A DNA stretch of 64,000 nt from Nitrospiraceae bacterium (GCA_003599425.1 QZKC01000083.1:10372-74371), one strand, 5' to 3'; shown: positions 38,601 through 47,262, numbered from the stretch's first letter. Made by a program: numbers and translations. The notes: generated from the sequence alone by a model not told the origin.

Positions 38601-41600
38601 TTACAGTCAGAGTCTGCACAGTCAGTAGATCCATCCCCGTCATTGTCAATATTGTCAAAACAGTTTGTCTCAGTTGACGTCTGGCAGTTAGTATCTGCCA
38701 AATCTATCAATCCATCACAATCATTATCCACTGCATCACTGCATGTAGGATCATCTGCCGGCCCTTCTGTCTGAGGCGTTCCCGGCGTGCAAGTGTCTGT
38801 TTGAATCCCTCCTGTACAGGTGAACTGCCCAGTTGACGCACATATTCCTACTCCGCATGTTGTCGGGACCCCGTACCAGTTCTCACCTGAACCGTCAGCA
38901 GCAGTGAGATTATCGCAGTCATTGATCTTGCCGTCGCATAACTCTGGAGCACCTGGATAAATAGTATTATCGTTATCATTGCAATCACCCTGATTTTCCG
39001 TGAATCCGTCGCCATCGTTATCTATATCATTAGAATTACAAACGTCATTTATTCCTCCAGTTCCGGACAGAGGTACATATACATTTGGATTATTCGGAGC
39101 ATTCGAAGGGATATTCAATATTCCTGTGTATCTGATAGAGGTTGAAGGCTGAAATCTTACCCTGATCGTGCAGGATGCCGAGGGAACTAAAGTGCTATCT
39201 GAACAATTATCAGTACCTGCCACAATGCTGAATGTATCTGAAGGAGATGAAATTGTGCCGATCGTCAGATTCTGTATCCCGGTGTTACTTACTGTGATCG
39301 TGTTGTCCCAGAACTCTCCCGTATTCACACATCCAAACTCTATGTTTGTTGGAGTTACCGTAATAGCCGGTTCAATCAAAGCGAGATCATTTACAGTTAT
39401 CACTTCACCAGATTCAACAACGTCATTTCCATCAGGAGTACATGTGACTATCATTGTATCTGAATATAAGTTGTCCTCATCTGCCTGCACTGTCCACGTT
39501 CCTCCCATGATAGGCAGACGGTAGTATCCATCAAAGTCAGTATCAGTTCGGGTATTGATCCAGCCAACAGATGTCTGACTGGGACCATTCAGTGCATTAT
39601 CAGTCCAAGCACTGATCCCTACATCCGATGCAGGGGTTCCGTCACCCCTGTATACCCTGCCTTCTATTGCGCAGTCAGCATAATATGCATAAAGCGTTAC
39701 CGGCTTGTGCTCTCCATCAGTGAGTCCTGTGACATCTACATCCTGAGATGGGACCATCTCTTTAGGTTCGTTATTGATCTTCACGGGGTAGTCGTGACAG
39801 TTCAGGCACGTGCCGACCCTCCAGTCACCTGCATTAAGTCCTACCACTGCATGTCCCGTCGCATTGGTGTAATCAGCATTGCCCAGACTCTGGAGCACAG
39901 GGTCTGAAGTATTGATCCTTCTGGCATAGCAGAGAGCACCTTCAACAGGCAATGCCCCATATTCATCCATGACATTACATTCAAGCCATGCTGTTTCCTT
40001 ATGCAATACAAAATGAACAGTTGCGGGAGGAATGACATTTACAGAATCATAATAATTATTGGCAGGAATCTGGGGGCCAAAATATCCGGGAGCAATATCA
40101 TCATCAATTGCGATATTCCATGTCACTCCGGACAGAACTGGTATTGTATAGTTCCCGTTGGCATCAGTAAGTACACCAACCCCGTTGCCGCCAGGGACGT
40201 CTGCATCAACTTCTGTCCCCCAAATGGGCTTGCCCGTTCCGTATTCTGTTACCGTCCCCGTGATCTGTGAATCTGAAGGTGCTAAATAAAGGTTAAATCC
40301 TGTTATGTCAGAATTGAAAATTATTGCAGTAACAGACCGTTCAAGGTATCCAGTTTTCTGGGCACCAATTTCATATCTTCCTGAGCGCGGGATATGCAGG
40401 GTGTAAGCGCCATTGCTGTCAGTTAGCGCGGCTGATACCCCTTGTCCTGTTGTTACATCTTCTGCAACAACAATGGCCTCGGGCACAGGTGTTGTAGTTC
40501 CTTCCTCATAAACGACCCCCTGGATCTTATACGGAGCCGGGACTATCGGATCGGTCATCGTAAAGTCTACTGAAGCTGTATTGCCGCAGGAATTTTTTAC
40601 TGTCATGGTTAACGTCGTACCAGGCAGGAGATAGCCATCTGCATTTCCAAAGGGATTAAAGACTGTCGTAATATTTATGTCTGCCGGGTCTGCATCTTGA
40701 GTCAACGAATCGTGATCATTCGCTGCATTGTCATATATAACTGCCATAATTTCATCGTTGCCGAGTTTAAACTCGACCGCGCCGCCATCTTCCGCAGCCT
40801 GTGTGTATAATGTGAAGCCGGTCCTTGTATCAGCAGGGGCTGAAGAAGGGCCGACGGATAAGGTGATGGGAGGACATGCCTGATATACAAAGCTTTCTGT
40901 GCTTACTGAATAATTGCTTCCGCTGTCCAGTGCGAAAACCTTAAATGTATAAGTATTCCCCGGTATGAGAGGTGGGCCATCGTATAACAACCCTGAGTTA
41001 GTCAAGTTACCTGCATCCCATAAATACTCAGAAGATTCATTCAGCAGCATAACTGTATAGGCATATCCCGCGCCAATACCTGACCATGAAAAATAAGGCG
41101 AACCCATAACTGTCTGTCCGTTGGAAGGTGAGAGATTTGCCGGGACATTATTTACAAAACGTTTAATACTGTCTGTCTTGACCGTGGTATTAAAAGGGTC
41201 GGTTATGGTTATTGTGTAGACAATTGGGAATGGATAAGGCGGCAGACTGCCTGTGCTGAGAGTGATAACCTTTTCCCATGACTTCCTAAAGGTATTGTAA
41301 TCAAGAGTGATTAAACCATTTATGCCGGGGCCTTCAACGGTAACAGATGTTGCGAGACGACCGGGGTCCTCAACGAATATTCTCGCTCCGTATTCATCCT
41401 GCCCCCCCGGATTTTTCCAGTGGCCTGATACGGCTTCCGCATGATAATCATACCATGGGTTCGGATTTACTATTGTGCCGTCAACGAGGGTTATGTCCAC
41501 TCCGTGGACAGCAGTCCCCCCGCTTATGACAACCGGAGTAATATTGCCGCATCCGCTGTAAATGCCCCACGGGTCTGTGGGCTGAAGATCAGTACCCGTC

Positions 41601-44600
41601 TGGATCACCGAAACCACATAGTAGGTACCGTCGGGAAGGCCAGAAAGTGTATAAGCGCCAAGAGAAGGAATTTCAGTGGCGACAGCCGGATTACCCGGGT
41701 TTTGTGGAGAACAGTTGATAGGCGATGTGAATGCCGCAACATAAATATTTCCGCTCTGCGTTCCGCTGTATGAGATAGCGCCGGTGATGGAACCAGCACT
41801 TACAGCAGGCTCAACGAACCTTCGGAAGTTGCTACCGTCAAGATCTGCGAAGTAAAGTTCCCTCGCAGAATCAAAACCGTAGATAGACTGATCAATGGGC
41901 GGGACAATGGACTGCAGGTCTGCTATCTGTGCTCCTGAACTGTTGTAGAGGGCGCGATGCGTCAGGCTGACCAGATTGCCTGATTGGGTGTAGAAAAGGA
42001 TGTTCTCATCCTGACACAGGTCAGAAGGACAGAGATTCGTCTCAGTACCATTGGCCAATACAACATATAATGGTGTTGACTGAAATCCGGGATCAGACTC
42101 GGGCAGACCGTTAAATACGTGATAGTAGAAGAGGAAACCATTAGAATCGTTTCTGGGAGAGAGCATATTCCATTCACCCAGATATTCGCTCTTTATGATT
42201 GTCCTGCCCGTGCCGTCGGCATTCATCATTATCAGCCTTTCATAGTGGCTTGTGAAATAGCCTGCATCCTGCCTGTATTCAATCGCAATGATCTTTGATC
42301 TGTCCGGTGATAGCCAGAACATTGCTAATCTGTACGGCGCTACAGGGGACGCGATGGTAACAATGTCAGTGCCGTCGGCATTCATGCTCTTGACCTCGCC
42401 GTTATCATTGAAAATCACCTTGTCATTGTTGTCAAAGTAGGCAGCAGTATCATTGTTTTCTGCATGAACAGCTACGGGAGTTTTGGTGCCGGAAGGAATA
42501 TCATAAATATAAATGGTCGATGAGACATCATCGAATTCCCTGAAGACGACCTTGGTCTTCAGTGAGTTCATGCTTCCGAATGTAAACAGGTTATTGCAAT
42601 TGTCTTTCAAAGTGCTCAGCCCTGCTACCCCGGGATCATAAAGATAAAGGTCCAACCTTGTGTCCTCCCCGCAGTTTACTGAATCAAATGCGATCATCGG
42701 GATCATTTCCAGCGCGAGATTTGCACAATTCGTGCATCTTGCGCCAACAAGAATCTCTCTGTGAGAGAGTTGATTTGAATCAAAGCTATGATTGATGATT
42801 ATCGTATTCCCGTTGTTCCCTATCGCTCCCGCATAGGAAGGCGCAAGATCACCAATTGATAAACCAAAACTGCCATCAGAAGAAACAGAGATATTTAAGC
42901 CAACACTCCCAAATTGAATATTTCCATCTCTTTGTCCTTTATATGATATTGTGCAGTTTCCACTACTGTCACAAGTCAAAGTGCTAAATGAAGCAAAAAA
43001 ACTGGTACTGCTATCATCTCCGAAGCCTGCTAAAGCCCATGTCCCTGCAAGGTCAGCGGTGGAGTAGGTCTTGTCACCTTTCTTCATAATGAAAGTAGCT
43101 TGCCAATCAGTAGCAATATCCAATGATGCAGTTAATGCAAGCGTGCCGTCTCCTGTCATTACCCCTTTGGCATTTCCACTGTTAAGCAAAATTGAGCCAT
43201 CAGGGTTTACAGAATATGTATCTGTATCGTTATCAGTCAAAATTATTCCATCGCTGTTAGCCGTATTGGCATATAGATAACTATCTACCCCATCAATCAA
43301 GGCGGTGCCTGACCATACAATATGATATCCGGGCCAGTTAGTTCCTGTGCTATCATGGTCATAGCCAATAGCATAATACTCCCCGCTCAAATCGGCACTG
43401 GTATAAGTCTTCGTCTCATCCATCCTTATCAAGACTCTTGCCCTCTGTCTGCTACTCTGGTCAGTGCCGTCCATGATCATCATATTTCCATTATCAGAAA
43501 TCGCATATCTTCTAATTCTTGTCACTGATGGATATGTAGATACAACCGTAATGCTTCCGTCTGCGTTTGCTGTGACAGTGTAGGAATAGTCCTCTATTGC
43601 AGAACTTAATATTCCATTATCATTGTCCTGGTGGGTATCGGTTCCCGTGCCATCCGCGTTAAAGGTAAGAGTTCCCCCTCGTACATGCCATTTTCCATCG
43701 TTATCATGCCGTAAACGCCCATATCCCCATTTGCCGATTATGGTAAATGTTGATGCTGATTCACATCCCGGATCATTTGCGTCTATCAAATCATCACAGT
43801 CATTGTCCAGTCCGTCATTACATGCAGGGGCTCCAGCAGGGCCTTCTGCCTGCGGCGTGCCGGGAGTGCAGGTATCATTCCAAGTTCCTGCAACGCAGGT
43901 CGCGACTCCTGTGCTCTCGCAAATTCCTTTTCCGCATACTGACGTATAACTAAGATTTTCATCTGTCTGACCGTTACAGTTGTTGTCTCTACCGTCGCAT
44001 ATCTCAGGAGCGCCGGGATAAACAGATGCATCATTATCGTCACAGTCCACTTCACCGCATGCACCGCCTTCAATGGCATAACCATCATGGTCCGAGTCTG
44101 TACAACTATTATCACATGCATCTCCTACACCATCCCCGTCAGCATCTGCCTGATCGGGATTGAAAACATCGGGACAGTTGTCATCAATATCTCTAACACC
44201 GTCATTATCCTGGTCGCTAATTTGTAGCACTTGAATTTCTCCAGATGACAAGGCACGGTTGTAAACCATAAGGTTGTCGACTTCACCATAAAATGTTCTG
44301 CCATTCGAGTAATCCGTTAATGTAACCGTCTTATCATTCCCGGTATTTAGAGCAAAATCTGCAGGCACGGATACATCTTCTAACCGAATGCCATCAAAAA
44401 ACGTGATAATATTTCTTCTCGTAAAGTCAACGGATACTACTACAGTGTGCCACTGATTAATATTCAGGATGGTTCCCGAATAAATATGTTCAAGATAGCC
44501 AGATTGAACACTCGGATCATTATTCAAAGTCAGCATAAGTTGATTAGTGTTAGTCCACTTTAGTCTGATCCACCTGTATGACTGACCGCCGATTACAATG

Positions 44601-45469
44601 GTTTTATAATTACCACCCAGATTATAGGGCATGAATTCTACACTGATGGTAAAGGCATCAAAATTAAAATCAGGGACTGTAGCTATTGCCGTATAACCGA
44701 AATATAGGCCATTAAGATACAGATTGTCGTTATTGAGAAACTGAGTATTTTCGAGATACATTGGATCATTGATTCCCGTGCTGTCATTGGCATTACCGTT
44801 AAACTTGTAAAATGCGATCAATCCATAATTCGTATCACACGCATCACCAATCCCATCGCCATCAGTATCAGCCTGGCCAGGGTTGTAAATATCTGGACAG
44901 TTATCGCATGTCTCGCCTACGCCATCCCCATCAGTATCGATGGCAGAAAGGCATTTATCCAGTTTTGAAACAAAGGCGTCAAAGTAATTGTATGATGTAT
45001 CATAAGCGCCAGCAGTTACTGGATAATCGGATGCAGAGGTTTGTCCTGTTATGAACACGTCGCCTGTTTGAGAATCCAGCGCAGCGGCTTTTGCAGAATC
45101 ATTCCCGCTTCCACCAATAAAAGTTGATGAGAGGAGGTCTGTCAGGCCATTGTTAAGCCTTGAGATAATGACATCATTGCCATAGCATATGCCGCCAGTT
45201 CCACAATAAGTATCATACGCTCCTGCAGTAACTGGATAATTGGATGAAGATGTCAGACCTGTTATGAAGACATCCCCTGTAAGGGAATCTATTGCGATGG
45301 CGTTTGCGGAATCAGCGTTGTTTCCACCGATAAATGTTGATGAGACAAGGCCTGCAAGTCCACTGCTAAGCCTTGAAACAAAAACGTCACTGCCTCCATT
45401 AAGAGATGCATCATAAACTCCGGCAGTAGTAGGATAATCAGATGAAGATGTTGCCCCACCAATAAACAT
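32654..45469 (-). CDS. giant secreted multidomain protein, main body (4,271 codons from the first ATG; the frame stays open upstream to the TGA at 45941-45943)
   Basis: SBBP-like beta-propeller repeats (IGG..D.A.AIAID..G..FITG.TSS.DYP.T.GAYD). TSP3 repeats (DTDGDGVGETCDNCPDIYNPGQADTDGDGIGDACD). A LamG-like block (LIAFYKFNGNANDS...LMVYNRALSSGEIQ). MopE-like motifs (DCDDNDASVYPGAPEICDGRDNNCNGQTDE). PD40/TolB-like and CarboxypepD_reg-like segments. Four tandem LRR-type modules. A C-terminal HEIGHALGINGH motif (32768-32803). Confidence 0.85.
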   Translation of the reverse strand: MFIGGATSSSDYPTTAGVYDASLNGGSDVFVSRLSSGLAGLVSSTFIGGNNADSANAIAIDSLTGDVFITGLTSSSNYPVTAGAYDTYCGTGGICYGNDVIISRLNNGLTDLLSSTFIGGSGNDSAKAAALDSQTGDVFITGQTSASDYPVTAGAYDTSYNYFDAFVSKLDKCLSAIDTDGDGVGETCDNCPDIYNPGQADTDGDGIGDACDTNYGLIAFYKFNGNANDSTGINDPMYLENTQFLNNDNLYLNGLYFGYTAIATVPDFNFDAFTISVEFMPYNLGGNYKTIVIGGQSYRWIRLKWTNTNQLMLTLNNDPSVQSGYLEHIYSGTILNINQWHTVVVSVDFTRRNIITFFDGIRLEDVSVPADFALNTGNDKTVTLTDYSNGRTFYGEVDNLMVYNRALSSGEIQVLQISDQDNDGVRDIDDNCPDVFNPDQADADGDGVGDACDNSCTDSDHDGYAIEGGACGEVDCDDNDASVYPGAPEICDGRDNNCNGQTDENLSYTSVCGKGICESTGVATCVAGTWNDTCTPGTPQAEGPAGAPACNDGLDNDCDDLIDANDPGCESASTFTIIGKWGYGRLRHDNDGKWHVRGGTLTFNADGTGTDTHQDNDNGILSSAIEDYSYTVTANADGSITVVSTYPSVTRIRRYAISDNGNMMIMDGTDQSSRQRARVLIRMDETKTYTSADLSGEYYAIGYDHDSTGTNWPGYHIVWSGTALIDGVDSYLYANTANSDGIILTDNDTDTYSVNPDGSILLNSGNAKGVMTGDGTLALTASLDIATDWQATFIMKKGDKTYSTADLAGTWALAGFGDDSSTSFFASFSTLTCDSSGNCTISYKGQRDGNIQFGSVGLNISVSSDGSFGLSIGDLAPSYAGAIGNNGNTIIINHSFDSNQLSHREILVGARCTNCANLALEMIPMIAFDSVNCGEDTRLDLYLYDPGVAGLSTLKDNCNNLFTFGSMNSLKTKVVFREFDDVSSTIYIYDIPSGTKTPVAVHAENNDTAAYFDNNDKVIFNDNGEVKSMNADGTDIVTIASPVAPYRLAMFWLSPDRSKIIAIEYRQDAGYFTSHYERLIMMNADGTGRTIIKSEYLGEWNMLSPRNDSNGFLFYYHVFNGLPESDPGFQSTPLYVVLANGTETNLCPSDLCQDENILFYTQSGNLVSLTHRALYNSSGAQIADLQSIVPPIDQSIYGFDSARELYFADLDGSNFRRFVEPAVSAGSITGAISYSGTQSGNIYVAAFTSPINCSPQNPGNPAVATEIPSLGAYTLSGLPDGTYYVVSVIQTGTDLQPTDPWGIYSGCGNITPVVISGGTAVHGVDITLVDGTIVNPNPWYDYHAEAVSGHWKNPGGQDEYGARIFVEDPGRLATSVTVEGPGINGLITLDYNTFRKSWEKVITLSTGSLPPYPFPIVYTITITDPFNTTVKTDSIKRFVNNVPANLSPSNGQTVMGSPYFSWSGIGAGYAYTVMLLNESSEYLWDAGNLTNSGLLYDGPPLIPGNTYTFKVFALDSGSNYSVSTESFVYQACPPITLSVGPSSAPADTRTGFTLYTQAAEDGGAVEFKLGNDEIMAVIYDNAANDHDSLTQDADPADINITTVFNPFGNADGYLLPGTTLTMTVKNSCGNTASVDFTMTDPIVPAPYKIQGVVYEEGTTTPVPEAIVVAEDVTTGQGVSAALTDSNGAYTLHIPRSGRYEIGAQKTGYLERSVTAIIFNSDITGFNLYLAPSDSQITGTVTEYGTGKPIWGTEVDADVPGGNGVGVLTDANGNYTIPVLSGVTWNIAIDDDIAPGYFGPQIPANNYYDSVNVIPPATVHFVLHKETAWLECNVMDEYGALPVEGALCYARRINTSDPVLQSLGNADYTNATGHAVVGLNAGDWRVGTCLNCHDYPVKINNEPKEMVPSQDVDVTGLTDGEHKPVTLYAYYADCAIEGRVYRGDGTPASDVGISAWTDNALNGPSQTSVGWINTRTDTDFDGYYRLPIMGGTWTVQADEDNLYSDTMIVTCTPDGNDVVESGEVITVNDLALIEPAITVTPTNIEFGCVNTGEFWDNTITVSNTGIQNLTIGTISSPSDTFSIVAGTDNCSDSTLVPSASCTIRVRFQPSTSIRYTGILNIPSNAPNNPNVYVPLSGTGGINDVCNSNDIDNDGDGFTENQGDCNDNDNTIYPGAPELCDGKINDCDNLTAADGSGENWYGVPTTCGVGICASTGQFTCTGGIQTDTCTPGTPQTEGPADDPTCSDAVDNDCDGLIDLADTNCQTSTETNCFDNIDNDGDGSTDCADSDCNGATNGVCDTGVPGICSAGTLTCASGTQTCVQNNQPQAEICDGLDNDCDGQIDEGVLSNPISFAPYFPLGLGSFWTYTNAVDPFDTYTETIFECSEFSGNPACSKGTANNYLVSYNDGSSVTIYDYVEDGVSSNLTPMTFDTFTDGQFFNAFEPTNFVLIREWDKLDPDLKSVYGIDPSLTGVILWATYDSKYQSNAQNNIVESNLCVSLPDYAVTDLEWYQVGVGKLAALDVDAQSGTTGSLYKLTGYSISYYCDSDNDGLVSSSVSDSCTGTACVPAGCQTYPGDDCNDSDNKIYPGALEICDGKNNDCNDTTIDGSGEDWYGLPITCGVGVCASVGQLTCTVGIQTDTCVPSNPTETPEQSCSDGLDNDCDGMIDFGDTENCIDQCPDDPLKTEPGICGCGIPDTDTDGDGVADCKDNCPNIANTDQSDFDGDEIGDTCDPDADNDGYDSIASGGTDCNDLDPTIHPGASDGDCNGIDDNCNGQIDDEITVFIADTNLKNAIKEALGITGDPTEEQMLTLTVLDLSNRGITDLMGLEYAKNLKSLNLTGNPLDSEAYCKYLPMIEFVNGCANISYDPNPAPNYKADYDADGYGGMLATCAYSRAGFVAAAKGNDCNDLDPTIHPGASDGVCNGIDNNCNGQVDEEMSVFIADTNLKNAIKEVLGITGDPTEEEILTLTVLDLSNRGITDLMGLEYAKNLVSLNLSGNPLDAEAYCTYLPMIESENGCANIIYDPNPAPNYKADYDADGYGGMLATCAYSRAGFVAAAKGNDCNDLDPTINPGEPDGVCNGVDNNCNGETDEEIAVFIADTNLRNAIKKKLGIHGDPTEALMLQLTALDASYLGIEQLMGLEYAKNLKSLDLTGNPLDNEAFCTYLPQIQSNSACTALMYEKPAGTMYYYDFDGDGYGDVDTMCAEQRAGYVTEGTDCDDADATINPEITEIPGNGKDDNCDCMVDTIDLDGDGYDSTVDCNDSDPTINPGEPDGMCDGVDNNCNGQVDEGTAIFIADTNLKEAIKTKLGIYGEPTEAQMLTFTALDLRNSGITDLMGLEYAKNLVSLDLSGNPLNEEAYCTYLPMIESLKGCMTVLYDPNPSAKYYFDFDRDGFGGMYATCAKPRPGFVMTKTDCDDLAASVNPQGVEMDFNGIDENCDGLDFLDSNHDGQPDAIQDSDGDGIDDRVDNCPNVSNAAQKDMDKDGIGDVCDDSDYDGQFDSTDPCPKDPNNDTDGDGICANLYFNSPKTGARDNCPNVANASQADSDNNGIGDACQQAPSQGTTTASCAGNNCSTQDPATLDSDGDGLSNRAEDANGNGIVDAGETDPNKADTDGDGIKDGEDNCKVNANSSQSNNDSDKYGDVCDPDDDNDSTPDVSDNCPLIANDQSDIDSDGIGNACDDDIDGDGYLNSYELTYGTLPADPDTDNDFVSDGPRDPDGTGPIVAGPDPTPLGSFYKVEFTAKDSTGADVTGTWLPEDGNSVTVEVRLKDIRTNSYINFSGNVLFALITTSLPGIATNDTDDPGLPSTNDYSFNAINRSVTAATVYAGGSPLSTASVNLYSFDYGGQAVVRITSAAPDGTSVQGDLTLPLDSDRDSLPDAWEKQHSADGFQFDNPFSFGSGLDDGLKDIDTTQSNTLIGDGLSNFKEYRGIIFENTDSNCNVTGTYHQRLNPEHKDLFVRGDNYANSCPPNTAPDVLEFRTDITGGNAYEKAGIDMHDVTRMPSFGKLLDSQGNIVEPPNIDILIVTNNTTDTSTLMGYSNGYIVHLASRLWAWSTKGASYIGNGMHYHFNPYSGKSESAYTYHLNLMHYVYNRPYRDESLNPLNPSYVGLLDPIDLVEDKRRENGKGPEILPYMNPYTGAVTTLSEDSLIVNDVLDGDHMMTGWKPACTSVCNDYSVGYDFSVFDADGDGHVENPPVDDALLISKEYTPLELQTFTILHEIGHALGINGHTSDPKCLMYTYSNNWDRAGFLSDFALGQIMINNKSEP
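35213..37222 (-). repeat. four tandem coding modules (471, 471, 594 and about 474 bp) inside the giant gene
   Basis: The anchor cagatcattaca recurs at 37211-37222, 36740-36751 and 36269-36280, an exact 471-bp period. Each unit encodes a MopE-like Cys motif, VFIADTNLKNAIKxxLGIxGDPTE...LDLSNRGITDLMGLEYAKNLxSLxLxGNPL (LRR-like) and a DADGYGG segment. Confidence 0.9.
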
Positions 45470-45940
45470 ATCGCCTGTCGTGGAGTCTATGGCAAGGGCA
45501 TTTGCGGAATCCGTGCTGCTTCCACCAATAAATGTAGATGCAAGGAGGCTTGTAAGATCACTATTGAGCCTTGATATAAAAGCATCACTTCCGCCATTAA
45601 AAGAGGTATCATAGCTCCCGGCAGTTGAAGGATAATTGGACGATAGCGTACTTCCCGAAATTATTGCATTTCCTGAGGAATCTATAGCGAGTGCATAAGT
45701 ATAATCAGAATTATTACCTCCAATGAATGTCGATGCGAGCAGATCAAGATTACTGTCAAACTTTGAAACAAAGGCATCTGAGGTTTCAATATCAGCGCCA
45801 TACAGATAACTGCATATTACGCCATTCCCGCAAACTCTGTCATATGCGCCCTGAGTAGTAGGGAAATCATCTGAATGTGTATACCCGGTGACATATACGC
45901 TATCCCCAGGGCCAAGTGCAAGGGCCCTGCCTACATCACT

Positions 45941-47140
45941 TCAGCCAAAACCACCGATCATCGTCGATGCTTCAAGAACGGAAAGATCATTGCTGAATTT
46001 TGATACAACAACATCAAAAGAGCTCTTGTACGCTACACCCGTTGTAACAGGATAATTAGCTGACCTTGTCCCTCCAGAGATATAAACTTTTCCTGAAGAA
46101 TCTATGGCCATGGCATTGCCTTCTTCTGTCTCGCTTCCGCCGATAACTGTTGAGGCAAGGAGGACAGAAAGATCGTTACTGAACTTCCTTATGAATATGT
46201 CCGCACCTGTGGTCCCTGCCACAAAAACATTACCATTTGCGTCGATGGCAATGGCGTTACCGATATCCGCAGCAGCTTCGCCTGCAAATGTTGAGGCCAG
46301 AAGCGGGTCAATGATGAGAGGTTTTGTTCTATCATAAGTCCCAACCTCAAAACCGTATGTGACCGAATCCTCGGGTACATTGTATGCAACGTTTATAAAT
46401 TTCTTCTTCCCCTGCTCTTCCTGATAGGCAACAGGCTTCGTCATTTTAAGGATTCCCAGTTCCGTCTCTATCTCAAGCTCCCCGTCTTTGTTTACACGTA
46501 ATCCTTTCACGCCTTCCAGGGATAGCTTAATGTCTTCAACCTCTGCTCCTCGGTTCACAGTAAAGACCTTCTCCACGGAGATTCCGTATGTCCTCAGATT
46601 AAGCTCTATGCCCTTATAGACCTCTCCCAGATTTACTTCCTGCCATGCGGGTATGTTTGACTTCCACTCTTCCCTGGCACCAATAAAGTAATGAACGCTG
46701 GTCTCTGGTTTTTTCAAACCCTTCATGGTGATAGGCTCAGGACATAACAAAGTCTCTTTGACAGCAACAGACTTCTCAACCCTATTATGATCTCCTGAGT
46801 CGCAGTTGCCTGAATTTGTTGTTGGTGGGAGATGTTCTTTCCTGATAAAGGTATAAACCATATCCCCTTTTTCATTTAAAACTACTGTGCCGTCAAATAA
46901 GGCGGCGTAAAATTTGACGGAGGGATCCTTAATCTGTCCCTGATTTTCTATAAAAGGAATCTGGCGGGATAATACGTGCTTCATCAGTAAGCTTTTATCA
47001 TTGCCTGACTGATTGTTCACAATATGACGGACGGAAGATTTCGCCTCAGAGTGATTTACATAAAGAAAAACTGCAACAGATGTAACAAACAAGAGTAAAA
47101 CTATTTTCCCAATGCCCTTCATAGTTAGCACCCGCACCAT
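45941..47140 (-). CDS. N-terminal part of the giant protein (signal peptide, N-terminal domain and first SBBP repeats), ended by an in-frame TGA
   Basis: 399 codons with signal peptide KGIGKIVLLLFVTSVAVFLYVNHSEA. The frame is the same as 32654..45469. The sequence stops mid-repeat (...STMIGGFG-TGA-SDVGRALALGPGDSVYVTGYTHSDDFPTTQGAYD...). Confidence 0.8.
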   Translation of the reverse strand: MVRVLTMKGIGKIVLLLFVTSVAVFLYVNHSEAKSSVRHIVNNQSGNDKSLLMKHVLSRQIPFIENQGQIKDPSVKFYAALFDGTVVLNEKGDMVYTFIRKEHLPPTTNSGNCDSGDHNRVEKSVAVKETLLCPEPITMKGLKKPETSVHYFIGAREEWKSNIPAWQEVNLGEVYKGIELNLRTYGISVEKVFTVNRGAEVEDIKLSLEGVKGLRVNKDGELEIETELGILKMTKPVAYQEEQGKKKFINVAYNVPEDSVTYGFEVGTYDRTKPLIIDPLLASTFAGEAAADIGNAIAIDANGNVFVAGTTGADIFIRKFSNDLSVLLASTVIGGSETEEGNAMAIDSSGKVYISGGTRSANYPVTTGVAYKSSFDVVVSKFSNDLSVLEASTMIGGFG

Positions 47141-47262
47141 TTTTTTATGTATTCAGTTTTACGATACTGCCATAGTTATTCTGAAATTATTTTTCACAGG
47201 CATAATGCAATGTCACGGTAATTTTCACCATGACTCATCATAACTACCGACTTCAGATTGTT

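Noticed and set aside
45941-45943. Selenocysteine at the in-frame TGA of the giant gene
   Set aside because: The position is a variable, non-redox column of a structural beta-propeller repeat. The downstream hairpin loop (cuugcacuu) lacks the G-U feature of bacterial SECIS loops. Mutation, sequencing error or readthrough are more plausible, so it is kept as an open finding rather than a Sec call.
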